DNA of 62,001 nucleotides, the filler included, from Sphacelaria rigidula (taxonomy: Eukaryota), in assembly GCA_964200075.2 (NCBI GenBank). It is 11 parts of 11 records of this genome, joined end to end, with 100 filler letters (N's around TTAATTAATTAA, not from the genome) between each part and the next. Parts side by side here need not be neighbours in the genome. Positions count along the whole stretch, not along the records: positions 39,522 to 45,066 come from CAXNAA020026456.1; positions 45,167 to 50,711 come from CAXNAA020026457.1; positions 50,812 to 56,356 come from CAXNAA020026458.1; 8 more parts are not named here. One strand, 5' to 3'. Both the position numbers and the translations under genes were made by a program. The notes beneath the pieces are model-generated. The model was given only the letters and a program-made list of their open reading frames with translations, was not told the origin of the DNA and did no database searches. Below are positions 39,539 to 51,441 of this stretch, one piece after another (position 1 is the first letter of the stretch; every line of letters starts with the position of its first letter).

Positions 39539-42500
39539 CTAAGTGTGTACGACTGTTGTTGGTAATAGCTCATCTGAATTCAGAGGGGCCGTACTCCCTT
39601 TTAGTCGGCCATTCATGTGGTCCTGTCGTATACTCACAAACTCGTAGATGGTGATGTCGTCGAAAGTGTACGGGTGCGCCCACACAGACACACGGGGCAC
39701 TTCTCCGACCCCCGTCGTGAACGAGGTCTTATTGCTGTAGAGTGGGTTTATCCTCACCAGCCTGCCCTGGGCTTTGGCCAAAGATACGGACGTGACCCCG
39801 TTCAGTACGCCCTTGAAGACTCGGTGGTACGCAGCGTCCATCTGATCGAAGATACCCGCAGCCGCTCCATTCCCTCCTCCCGACGGGTTGGGGTCGATGT
39901 CGGCGTAGGTGCATCTGTGAATGGCATCTCGGCTCCCCTTATCAGTTATCCACGTCTTGGATGCCGTGGCAAACTCATACTGACGTTCCTTGTATTGAAG
40001 GATCGCTAATTCTAGTTCGTCCGTCGAGTTTCGCACCGCGTCATTTCCGTCTTGCGCTATCTCAAGCCGCACCCGCAGATCCTTGTTGATTTTCTCCAAG
40101 TAGTCATCGCTACCGGAGTCGACGTGTTTTCCGTTACAGAAGGTGGAGATCATATCATGCACGAGATGCAAGGGCTTCAATTCTCGGCAATAGTTCATGA
40201 CCGGTTTGCTCACGCCATGATCGTCGATCAGGGAGTTCAAGCGGCCATCGCTCAAACAGCGTTTGCCGAGACCGAAGAGGAATGAGTAAGCTTGAAGATT
40301 TCGCAATGACGACCCTGGGGTATGCTGTGGGATTTGACATGCAGGAGACGGAGGGGGCGACACAATATAATATGGGAATGTATCGTGCGTAATCGGCTGT
40401 AGATGATACAGTCATTGGGACATACATCGACGAACAGACCATGACCGCCACATCACACAAATATCTTGCACTACTGCAGTCGCCCATCACGTCGACCACA
40501 AGGGCAGGGGGTATCTCCGGTGTGGACGACAGAAAGGCCATAAAGTAATCTGCGCATTTGTGCAATCATGCGACATATCGCCCACTATTATCCGTCTAAA
40601 TTTTACGGACAACACTCACCGGCGTGATCCCTTCCTCCTCCTCGTAGGCGAAGCGCTCCAAGAGAACGTCTTTCAGTGGCCACTCACTGTCGCAAAGAGC
40701 CATGGCGAACACCAGCGTGACAAGGAGCGACAATTTGGGCGGATCGTTCCGCGTGCGCTCATCCCCTGGCGGTGCTAGGACGTACTTAGTCAGATATCGT
40801 TTCGTATACTCGTTAAGATTCTTCCACGTAATGTTCGCCTTCTTAGCATCCGTCTTGCTGTCCTTATCCGCCGCTCACAGGATGTCCCGCCAGTAGCGCC
40901 CCAATATGGCATCCATCTGAGCAGGTGTGCTGACGTCTGCTCTGCCACAGGCTTGTTGGATTATGGGTACCAGGACCCCAATGGCTGAGCTCATGCACGG
41001 TTTCTGCATTCGAAGACGGGCGCCCAATACGTAGCCCGCCCGGGTTGTGATGTCAGTATAGCCGACATGGGTTAGCCATATACCGCCAGTTGTTTCGCAT
41101 GGCGAACGATTCCACCCCGGGGTTTCGCAGCATGCGATGTCAGCAAACCGCAAGGATATTTCATCCCGGGGTTTCACATGGAGGGTATCGTTATATGCCT
41201 TTCTAGTTTATAGCGACCGAGGATTGCATTTGTCCCGTCATATGGCTGGTTTCGGAAACCGATCAATTTCGTGCAGTAGATGTGTATCGGATGATACGTC
41301 GAGATGACGGGTACGGCGATCGCCGTCAAGAAGCACAACACATTCGCAGTCAGTGTCAACATGGACATGTTCGTCGCAATTCCCAAACAACCCTTATGGT
41401 AACAATCGAGTGCCATCAACCTTCGTTCGTCAAACGGTACACATGGTTTATGTGTTTCTCATGAAATATACATAACACGACACCGGTGCTTACATGATCC
41501 TGTTTTAGAAACACAACTTGGTGATGCTGCATGCACCCATACCGATACACAAGTTACAATGACCTGGTGAAGTGTGACATGCCCTAGATTCGATAAACCA
41601 ACTGGTTTCGTTGGGTCATCGAGAATAAGGAGTCTTCGATGACGTATGATCTTGCAGACCGGTATCATCACCAAATGGTTGGTTTCAGAAACCAGCTCGA
41701 TTGTTGCGTAGACGTCGATACACACACTTGCAATGTATATCGACGTCGAGTATACTTTAAACGAGATCTCCTCGTTTGCTTCATTCCCGGGTGTAACACA
41801 AACCCCGGGATCATGATGTAAATGTTATCGTACTGTGTATTGGAAGGTGCCACCGGTATCACAAGCATACGCGAATGTGTCGCCTGTGTCTCTGTGCTGA
41901 AAATCCGGAAGCGTTACGGTTCCGGTAAATTCGGTGGGTGACAATGGGTGCCATCATTTCACCGTGTTGCGGTGTGATATGGAAAATATGCCGTTATGTG
42001 CACGCCGGTGGTATGAACCGTCATTGCTATGGTCAAAATGAGCTGGTTTTCAAAATCGGCCCATGTGTGTCACGAGTTGAATATTTTTACGAAGCCGGTT
42101 GCGTCGAACGGTGATTGCGTGGAGCTGGGTTTGAGAACCGGCCGATGTTGGTCACGAGTTGAGTCCCGTCACGAAGCCTATGGCGTAATTGGAGCGCTTA
42201 TAGGTAGGTGGGTCTGAAGAAGGTCCTATGTGTGTCGTAAAATCAACCCCGCCACGAATACGGTATTGTGGTGTAGCACTCATGACGAGCTGGTTTGGAA
42301 ACCGACTCCGAGTGTGTTAACCCTTCTGGAGCCCATTGACGAATTCTGTTTATGTGAATCGGCATCATCTTCAGTCATTTTCAAGTCAAACTGATGCCGA
42401 TTCGTAACAACAAAAATTGTCGTGTGTTCCGAAAGGTTTAATCATCACATCGTCCTCTGGGTTGTGGATATGACGCAGTGACTGCGATGCCCCTGTCTGG

Positions 42501-43620
42501 CATGGCAGATATAATGTGTCTCAACAGTCATTTTATATTCGGATTGTAGAATAAAAGATCCGAATATGGAATCTCATCACATGCGGAGGGTGTTCCCCAT
42601 TTGTTTCCTGAAATTATGTGTGATTTTATTCTAAATCTATGGTTGATTTTGTGACTACGCTGCCTCTGTCCCCTGCGCGAGTACTGACCCGGACGCCGTC
42701 TTGGGAATGGGTGTGGGTTGGGGCTTGTAAATTGCAACACGCATCCTGGGATAGTTGCGCGTCGTGTGCTACTACGATGGGGGTTGCACTTGTCCGACGG
42801 AAATGTTTGTCGGGTGTTGCACGGGTCATTTTGGGAATCAGCATCACTTTCCCTCGCAGAAGGTCGAAGACGTGGCACATTCGCGATAAGGCCCCTTCGT
42901 GTATCTCCAGCTCCGGTGCCCGGATACTTGGGTGACACAGTGCGCTGCGATGATGTTCCGTCAATCAATAGTCCCCCGTGCAATGTGATATCTAAACGGG
43001 TAGTTTTTTAATGGAACTCGCCTTCGATAGTTTTTCCGATGCATGTTGGTCATGACCTATCTACCGCGCTTTTTCGTGCGGCATTGCGTCGTACACCCGC
43101 ACGGAAATCCCGGGGTGGTCGCTCCCTGATGTGGTGTCCATGGCCCTTTTCAACCCCTCCCTCTCTGCCTCCGCGAGGGAAACGTCCGCACGGAACACGA
43201 CGGACAGTACCCACAAGAACGATAGTCAGGGCTTGTATGCGGGTACTGGTGACTACATTCGTGATCGGCGGGGTGCAAATACATGTGCACTTGAACCGTC
43301 AGCAGTCGTCATTTCTCCGTGAATGTTATCTTCCTTCACAGAACCGCTAAACGAAAAGAAGTGATTGCGCTGGTCGCGTGCGGCTTTGTAATCATTCTTG
43401 CGTACCTTCTGTGCTCGGCGGTATCGCCCCATCGAGAACTCCAGCACAGTACCGCCCGAGGTTGAGCTCGTCGGCGTATACCATCATGAAGAGGGCGCTT
43501 CTTGTTTGCCCTTGGATTGAGATGAAGCATGGTTTGTCCTTCATGAAATCTGATGGGGGGCGCCCGAACCGTTCCTTGTCCTGAATATACCATACGTTGG
43601 TATCGCACACAACATACCAA
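39539..43620 (-). pseudogene. ~4-kb decayed, apparently intronless coding tract of unrecognised family (candidate endogenous viral element)
   Basis: Head-to-tail minus-strand ORF pieces (43392, 43253, 42626, 41459, 41174, 40875, 40155, 39539; the longest is 274 aa) with globular-protein composition, linked by frameshifts and stops. No transposase or RT motifs were recognised. Confidence 0.5.
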
Positions 43621-44328
43621 TCTTAATACATGAGAAGGCGTGGGCGATACGAATGACCCCCTCTTTCTAAGCCCCCGTCAGACTCTTGCTCGCACCCTCA
43701 CGACAGAGTAGAACCAGATGCATCGCTGAATGTCATTCTTCCCGCGTTGCAACACTACGAGCTGAGCCAGCCAACACCAGGTAGTTTGCTCGCTCAGGCG
43801 ACGCATTGCGTCAAATTATGAGTTAGCCGCTGCTTTTTCGACAACGGCTTCTTATGATCGACATGCAAAATATCTCGGGAGCAGCGTAGGAAAAAGACAG
43901 AACAGCAGGAAATGGGGTTTTGAATGTCGGTAAAATCAAGATAACTTCGTAACCCCAGTAAAGCACACGACATTATGCGGCTGATGTCTCAGTGTTTGCT
44001 TCTATGATTTTAGAAACTGTGCGTGAAATTGCAGCTCGAGACTCGTCGCACAGGTCACACGGCGGCGCCGATATCATTCAAGTGGCACAGGAGACTCCAG
44101 TGACTCGTGGAGGTCACGGTATGTTCAATCCCGACGGATTCGCTTTTTTTAGTCCGTCGTTCACATATCGTAGACTACGCAGAGCATCTGTTTTCTTCTT
44201 TTTTTCTTCGTTCAGCGGCCTCGCCGTGTGCTACGCTGTTGGTCTGCATTCCGCAGTGTTGTGCTCGTATCGGGTTGATTCCTGAAAGTGGGAAAGCTGA
44301 AGTGTAAACAACGTTTGGCCGCTTTTAA

Positions 44329-44632
44329 CCCTTTGACCGCGAGAGTAGGTCATCCGCTGAGTCTGCATCGGTGTTGCCTGGGGAAAGGATTCGTGCTCAA
44401 GGTCGACCATGCGCGCCGCGGACGAACGGTGAACCCTTAGACCGCAAGACTAGTGTTTCTGGATCATGCATACTTTTTTTCACTTAAAATTGATGCCGAT
44501 TCAACAGAAGACGAACCTCGCGGTCTAAGGGTTAGCCCTTGGACGGCGGTGCGGGTAGTCCATCTGCATTGTGCATACTTTCTTCAAGTGATAATTGATG
44601 CCGATTCAGCAGGTGACCTGGCGGTGAAGGGG
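44329..44632. mobile_element. piggyBac-like MITE containing a related ~98-bp MITE (44434-44531)
   Basis: Outer element TTAA|CCCTTTGACCGC...GCGGTGAAGGGG|TTAG. The inner element has a perfect 12-bp TIR CCCTTAGACCGC/GCGGTCTAAGGG. Both share the subterminal GATGCCGATTCA. Confidence 0.7.
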
Positions 44633-45018
44633 TTAGGCTGACCCAGCTCGTGCAGTGCCTACGTTCTCCTAACCCATAAGGCGCTACAGAGTTGCCTACG
44701 GTCTGGCAACACTCCACCATCGCGGCGGCTCTCACCCACATAGTGCAGCACACAACTGCCTCCCATGATATCATGTTAGACCTCAAAGTTCCGTCACCCC
44801 GCGGTCGTAGCTCTCTAGTGCTACTGTGTGGCACCTCTTCTGGACTTGGCGTTAAAGATCAACAACGTTCCAGCATGCAATGGTGAAGCGATACATGAGA
44901 CTGTCGGATCGATGATGGATTCAGGCTCGTCAGCCAACGGCTGTGTTGAGGTATTTGCAAAAACAAAAAGACTCGCGTCTGTGTCGATGAAGAGGTGGTA
45001 GAGGAGTCACGCTACGAT

Positions 45019-45066
45019 GGGGGGAGAGGGGAGGGGGGGGGGGTGTACTCATGATCATGCATGCCA
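45019..45066 (-). repeat. C-tailed family B 3' end at a contig end
   Basis: The reverse complement reads TGGCATGCATGATCATGAGTACA followed by a long C-run. Confidence 0.75.
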
Positions 45067-45166
45067 NNNNNNNNNNNNNNNNNNNNNNNNNNNNNNNNNN
45101 NNNNNNNNNNTTAATTAATTAANNNNNNNNNNNNNNNNNNNNNNNNNNNNNNNNNNNNNNNNNNNN

Positions 45167-45226
45167 GTAGGGATGCGAGGTCGATGGCCTGATGACTATG
45201 GCATGCATGATCATGAGTACACCCAC
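45167..45226 (+). repeat. C-tailed family B copy at a contig start
   Basis: GGGATGCGAGGTCGATGGCCTGATGACTATGGCATGCATGATCATGAGTACACCC. Confidence 0.8.
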
Positions 45227-46253
45227 CGCTTCCTCGGGATGACTCCATAGTCCCAAGGGACTGACTTCTTCGTCCCCGGGTACCTGACTCACAGATTCAT
45301 TAGATCATGACCACCCCCGCGGCCGATCGAATCTTATCGGCTTTGCTTTCATTTAATCACGTTCTCACGCTGTTCACCTTGAAATGCACTAAACTCGACC
45401 CGTACTGTCGAAATTGGATCATGAACACTCGTCAACTTTGTTTTGGGCACACTTTCATTTGAACCCCTCCTTTGCCTCGGAACCATCGGAACGAGTCCGT
45501 CGCCTCATGGAATGAATTACCCCCTCTTTCCCCCGCCACACGCCTGATATTTTAGTATTGTGGATTGGGTCATGACTAACACTCCTGCACCGCATAAAGT
45601 CTCGTCAAACAAGCTTAGTATTTTGCTAGTCACGTCCCCACACCTGACGCTTCGACAAGCAGATATCAAATACTACTCAAGAGAGTTCTCAAGTGAGCAC
45701 GTCTGGTTAAAATCGAACCCACGCCATTTCCGACCGGATGGTGTCAGCTGTACCATTTGACCACAGGGGCGCGAGAACTACTACGCCCAAACTGGCCGAG
45801 GAAGATCTACTTTGAATCTAGAGACGCAATGAAAGCGTGATAGGTTACGCAGTATATTTTATCACTCGGCCTGCCAGGGAACACAGCTTCGATTTTCACC
45901 ACAATTAGAGCCATGCACTAACATGAGATTCCGCGCGCAAATGATCTCTACGAGATACTCGTACAGGACCATATACTGCCGGGCACCGCACTTGATGACA
46001 AAGTGGGGATATGGCGATATTGTCTCCCTGGGTGATACTCTCGTGTCCCACCGTACCGGGTAGCCTTTTCGAGCGCCTAACTTCAGAATGCCCGATTCGG
46101 GAACCTGTTAGAGCCCTAATGGTTGAGGAAGACACGTTTTGCCTTGATAGCGTTCCGTTCTTCCTCTCTCAGTTTTCTTGTACTTTTTCACTCAGTTCTG
46201 CCCCAAGGACGAGTCGGTGCTGTCAGGGAATGAATCCATCTCTCCCCTGTACA

Positions 46254-46327
46254 TTGCTCCATCTCGAAAGAGATACGAGATCAATGATCAGACGACTAAG
46301 GCAACGAACAGGTGAGTAAGCCCCCCA
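46254..46327 (+). repeat. Diverged C-tailed family A copy adjacent to an A-tailed family remnant (46185-46250)
   Basis: TGCTCCATCTCGAAAGAGATACGAGATCAATGATCAGACGACTAAGGCAACG...TGAGTAAG followed by CCCCCC. Confidence 0.7.
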
Positions 46328-49300
46328 CCGTGTACAGCACTTATCTCCACCTTGATCAGGCCGCATTCTAAACAAAAGTCGGATCTTGGGCAGTGCTCGC
46401 AGGTTGCCTGGAAACTCCGTTCTCGTGGTGTTAATGGAAACTAATCAGTGGTACTGATTGTCTTCTATTCAGCGGACTAAATTGCTGTTGCTGCCGCCCC
46501 GCGTCCAAACCTCCCTCCCCGCCGGACAGGTGCAGTTCATGACTGGGTGTGTGTATCCGCATAACCCACGGACTGAAGCCATCATGAGTGACTTGCGTGG
46601 GGAAAACGGCCACTATTTCGGCCCGGTGAAGAGAGTTAGCATACACCGCAGCTTTCCGGGGATGTGTGTGTCACCCTTCGTCGACGGCGACATCAGGGTA
46701 GGTACACACACCAAGAAATAAAATGAAAAACTTTATATTTTTCTCTGCAAAAAACAAAAGGCGCTCCAAACGTCCCAAAGTATATAGTTCACGAATTTTT
46801 CAATTTTACTCTCATTATTGCCTCCGGGTACTGGTAGACTCAGAAGTGGCCTTTAGAGGTTGTAAAAACATGTTGTCCTACTACTAGCCGCTTTAAATGG
46901 AGGACAAGGACTCGTGCACTGATTCCAATGCTCAGCTGACTGAACACAAACACTCTCATTGATTCAACTGTTCCTTCCATCATACTTTGAGCTTCTCGCT
47001 TTCCCTGGGATGGTTCCGTAGTCGCAAAGGATCAACCCATCTCTCCGCCGGTACCTGCCTGATATTTTCGCTGTCGGGAATCGTATCGGCACTTTTGCAA
47101 TCGGTCGGCATTACTAGAATACTCTCCGTTTCTCGCGTACTCACACTTCCAACGATGTAAGCCAGTTTTGTTTGCTCGAACAAGCCTCCCGCCCTGGTTG
47201 ACTACAAGTATACCAGTTAGATCACCGGGGCGCAGCAGCGATTATTTCACGTTGACGGATCCAGTACGAATGCCGCCGCAAGCCCGATATAGATATCGAC
47301 AGTTGTGTCGATGGAAGCGCGAGGGTACCTCATGTATCAAGGAGTTGACGTATGTTACCTCAGGAGTATGAGTGCCATTGAATAACGACAAGATCACTTC
47401 TGAACCGAAATGGAATATGACGTTCGCAGATGAACAAGCACCTCGAACCAATGGGAGCGCTGGGGTTCCTCGGCTGGCCCTGCATTCGACTCGCGATAGA
47501 GGTGTTCGATACACAACATGGCAACCAGCAGAAGGCCGAAGTGGTACGAGTACATGAATCTCGTAGTTGCCGGTGTTTCATCTTCGTGTATTCTTCACGA
47601 GAGTGGTAATCGTTGCTGAATTGGTCCATCCTTTGTTTTGTATCGATCAACGAACTGCATGGCAAATCGATGTCTTCACTGATTGGCTGGTAAGCTGATT
47701 GGCTGGTTGACTGAGTGGTTGATTGGTCGGTTAAATGCCTCATTGATTCTTCCATTGGTTAGTGAACTCTCTTACCTCAATTCCTCGGCGAGTACAGCCA
47801 TGATCACACGATAAAAAAAAGAAAACTCAAGTTCACGAGAAACAGTGGCTCGACGAAACTCGAGCGGGACAAGGACGGAATAAAGTAGGAAGTGGGAACA
47901 AAACTGGTTACGAAGTTCAGAACCCCAGAATGAAATATTTTCCAATCAGCTGTAAAAGTTCAATAATGAGCCCTGTGGATTATTGGCTATGATCCTGACT
48001 GTTGTTGTGTCGGCTGTATGATCATTACTTGCTTTACTCTCTTTTCTGTGTTGAGAGTGTTGTTCAGGTGCTGGCTATACCTGTTTCATGACTAGCCGTG
48101 TGACCGTGCTATTTTGTCTTTTTGACTGTTTTGCGAGTTGTAGAAATGATACTATTCACTGCAGTGCGTGTGGCTGTTGTTTGTTTATTCTGTGTTTTTG
48201 ATCGACTTAACTGTTGCTGTACTAGCGGTTAAACTTTCAAGCGTCCTCAGACAGGCAGCTTATCGTGACGGTCATTATTCAACTGAGTATGATGCCCAGC
48301 TATCAGGTGGACTCACATGGGTGGTCGAAGGGTTGAGGCGTTTTGACCAGCACGGCATGGTTGTTCTTCTTCGCCGCCTCTTCACTGTTGCTTTATCAAG
48401 GCAGGAATGTTTTGTCCAGCCGCAGTTCTTGGCTGCCCGCTTCTCGACCGCTGTAACAGTCGTAGAAGCTCTTTAACTAACTCGGTTGCTATTTCGTTTT
48501 GGTTCATTTTCGTGACGTTGTTCGGTATGATTGGTCGTTGGAATGGTGTGAGAACCATGATTATCGTCACGATCGATCGTCGGGTCAATCAGTACTACTG
48601 CAGTCTGCCGACTTCCACTGATTATTTTGTGATTAAGTCAAATTCTCACAGCTGTCACCACGGAAACGAGCAACATAAATCATCATTGTCGACATTGGGA
48701 CCCACTACTTCTACTCTGCCCAACGTGGGCGATGAGGTACCACGTTGGCCACCGGGGTGCGAAGATGCTGTGAGAAATATATACTTTCGTCGTGTTCCGT
48801 TGTACCGACGTCAAAACCGAAAACAGGTTACCTGCAACATCCACGGGCAGGAGCGAGAGGTGCCGACAAGCGCGACCATCATGATCTCTTTTGACAAAGG
48901 CGGAAGCGCGACGGTACATGTGGCCTTCGATGAATGCGAGAACGACACCGCGTCCATCTACGCGGTAGCGCGCAGGTGTGTGCTATACTCCACTGTGCGT
49001 GTGTCATATCCCAGCGTGTGTGTGTCGATGCTTGTCGGTCCAACTGCAATGTATATGCATAAGTGAGGCATACGTTATCGCCACCTGGCGTTGCTTGATT
49101 GATCAAAATATTCGATTTGCCTCGCGTTTAGTGATTTACCACGACGAATCTAGCCCTCGGTCGCATTTGAGACGTACCAGAGCTACCGCGATGTGAACAC
49201 TGGCTCCAGAAGTCGAGGGGAAAAGGACGAGACCAGTAAACGTGAAAACCTGAAAATGGGTCTGCTCAGGCACACATGCCACGACAACTACGCTGTTACT

Positions 49301-49559
49301 GCCTTCTCCCAGGCGGATTGGGTAATGCTCGTCTCAATCAATATATAACCCGCAAACACTGGAGAACCTGAGTAATGAGGAGCACGCCGGGGCGGAGCCA
49401 AGAACATGGACAATGTCAATCATCGCACAAGCCGTCCAATTGTTTTTTTTTGTCTTCTCCGTCCCATGAGATATTGACTAAAACCCTCTCTGGTATTTCT
49501 GTCTGATGTAGTACACCTATGCCGTCCATCCGCTACACGGAAAGGCTTCGGAGTATATC

Positions 49560-50610
49560 ACCCCGGGTGATCAGATACCCAACGCCATTTCTTTCTGTCA
49601 GCAAGGTGCCGCCGCGTTCCGGTGGTCAAGCCGATACACCAATCAGTCAAGGCGGAACGATGCGGGTTAAGATACCAAGAGATGCGTTTTTCTGAGCAGA
49701 TTCTAGTTTGCGTCCTTGACAGCGTGAGTACGCGAGCAGTCCAGAAAAGCCGATGACATTCGACATGTTGTGGGGGCGCTGATTTAATCTTCGATATCAA
49801 AATATCCGGACAGGCGCCGAGGGAAAGAAGTAGTACTACCTTGAGACTGCATCCTGTCCCGGGAAGGGAGGGAGGTTGGGAACATGTTCAAACAACAGAA
49901 GACTCCACGCTGCCGTAAAGTGCCGTTGACCGAACGATCTCGAATTATGTATGTCCAGTGGCGTGGCCACGGAATTGTGCCAAACCGTCAGGGAACAGGT
50001 AATTTTTTGCCTCGTGCAAAATATGCCATATAGCATCCACGGTGAGGAGGCAGGGCGCGAGCTAGACGCTGCTATATACTGTCTGTACATCTTTCGACCA
50101 CCGTGACCTATTCGTCACTGTACTGTGAGAACAACGCCGTTACGTGCTGCCGGCGTCTTCATCTTTCCTGATCATTTACAGTGTATTTTTGCAATATATT
50201 CCTTCTGTAAATTACGAAGCGGTGACCATGCTGTTAATAAGCTCCCCTTTTGACAAAGGCAGAAGTTGAATTGGCGTTGGGCAATTGCAAAGGCATGGGG
50301 TTCTACAAATAGTCGCTAGAAATGGAGGACTAGCACTCATGTGACGTACACGAAGAATCCACCGACCAGAGGTTGTTGTACCTGTCACTCATCTCATCAC
50401 TGTTTTGACCCAAGCTCGCAACGCGCCTCGCTCTTATTTTTTTTCTTCAAATCTCTTTCTTCTCCATCTTGCTTCATTTTCTGCGCTGTGTTGTTGTCCC
50501 AAAACTTGGCAGCATCGAGATTGAGGACTTCGTGCAACCCCACACCCCAGTCGCGTCGAACTACATTCGGAAGGACAACACGATCGCGCGAGGACACAAG
50601 AAGTAAGTGA
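49560..50610 (-). pseudogene. Possible decayed multi-exon gene of unknown function
   Basis: Three protein-like minus-strand pieces (50397-50597, 49840-50090, 49560-49790); the latter two end at GT donors. Confidence 0.3.
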
Positions 50611-50656
50611 TGAACAACTTTAGATCCACCGACTTCAGAACACTTTTACGATGATG

Positions 50657-50711
50657 GGGAGGGGGGGGACGGGGGTGTACTCATGATCACGCATGCCATA
50701 ATCATAAGACC
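50657..50711 (-). repeat. C-tailed family B 3' end at a contig end
   Basis: The reverse complement reads GGTCTTATGATTATGGCATGCGTGATCATGAGTACA followed by C-runs. Confidence 0.75.
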
Positions 50712-50811
50712 NNNNNNNNNNNNNNNNNNNNNNNNNNNNNNNNNNNNNNNNNNNNTTAATTAATTAANNNNNNNNNNNNNNNNNNNNNNNNNNNNNNNNN
50801 NNNNNNNNNNN

Positions 50812-51441
50812 CACCCTTTCGACAGTGCGTGTGTGCACAACCGTTGGCGGGAGCGAACCGATGGCCAGGACGCTCCGTGGAGCGTGAAGCAGGTGCTCCG
50901 GTCGTCGGGGCATGGTGAAGGCTGGGACGGAGTTCGCGACGGTGGCAGCGGCGGTGGTTGGGGACCTACCCTTGACAACAGTGCCGACGGTGTGCACCCC
51001 CCAGAGCCCGCCGAGTCGAAACGAAACGCCAGAGTGGAAGCCGATCAACGGCGCATCTTCGCCACGTTGATGGCGCGCTTCAAGGAGGAAGCAAACACCA
51101 TCATTAGTTCCGTATCATCGCCGGCAGAGGCGCTGTCGATCCAAACGCAAATGGCGGCATACCGGTCTACTCTGATCCATATGGCGAGGGGCGCACCCGG
51201 GTCAGGCAACCCGGAAAAGCCCCCACGAAAAGGTCGCCCGAAGGGATCGGGCAACAAACCGAAGTTTAGTACACGTGAGGTAGGCAGGGGTAAGGTGAAG
51301 GGTAGCGTCAATGTCAAGGAGGAGAGAGCGTCCAATCCTCAGCAGCGGGGGGGAAATTCCAAGTGCACCAAACGCCACAGAGACTCGATGGAGACGCGAG
51401 GATCCCGGCCCAGTAAGCGCTCGGAGACCTCCGTCCCATGA
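50812..51441 (+). mobile_element. C-terminal part of a MULE/FAR1-like (Mutator) transposase; the frame is open from the contig start
   Basis: HPFDSACVHNRWR resembles the post-SWIM RW motif. It is followed by a helical segment and NPEKPPRKGRPK, which is typical of MuDR/FAR1 C-termini. The catalytic core is not in this contig. Confidence 0.55.

Noticed and set aside
3694..50711. Recurrent 40-70 nt repeats as a CRISPR-like array
   Set aside because: They are dispersed on both strands across unrelated contigs, carry TSDs, lie in a eukaryotic context and have no cas genes.
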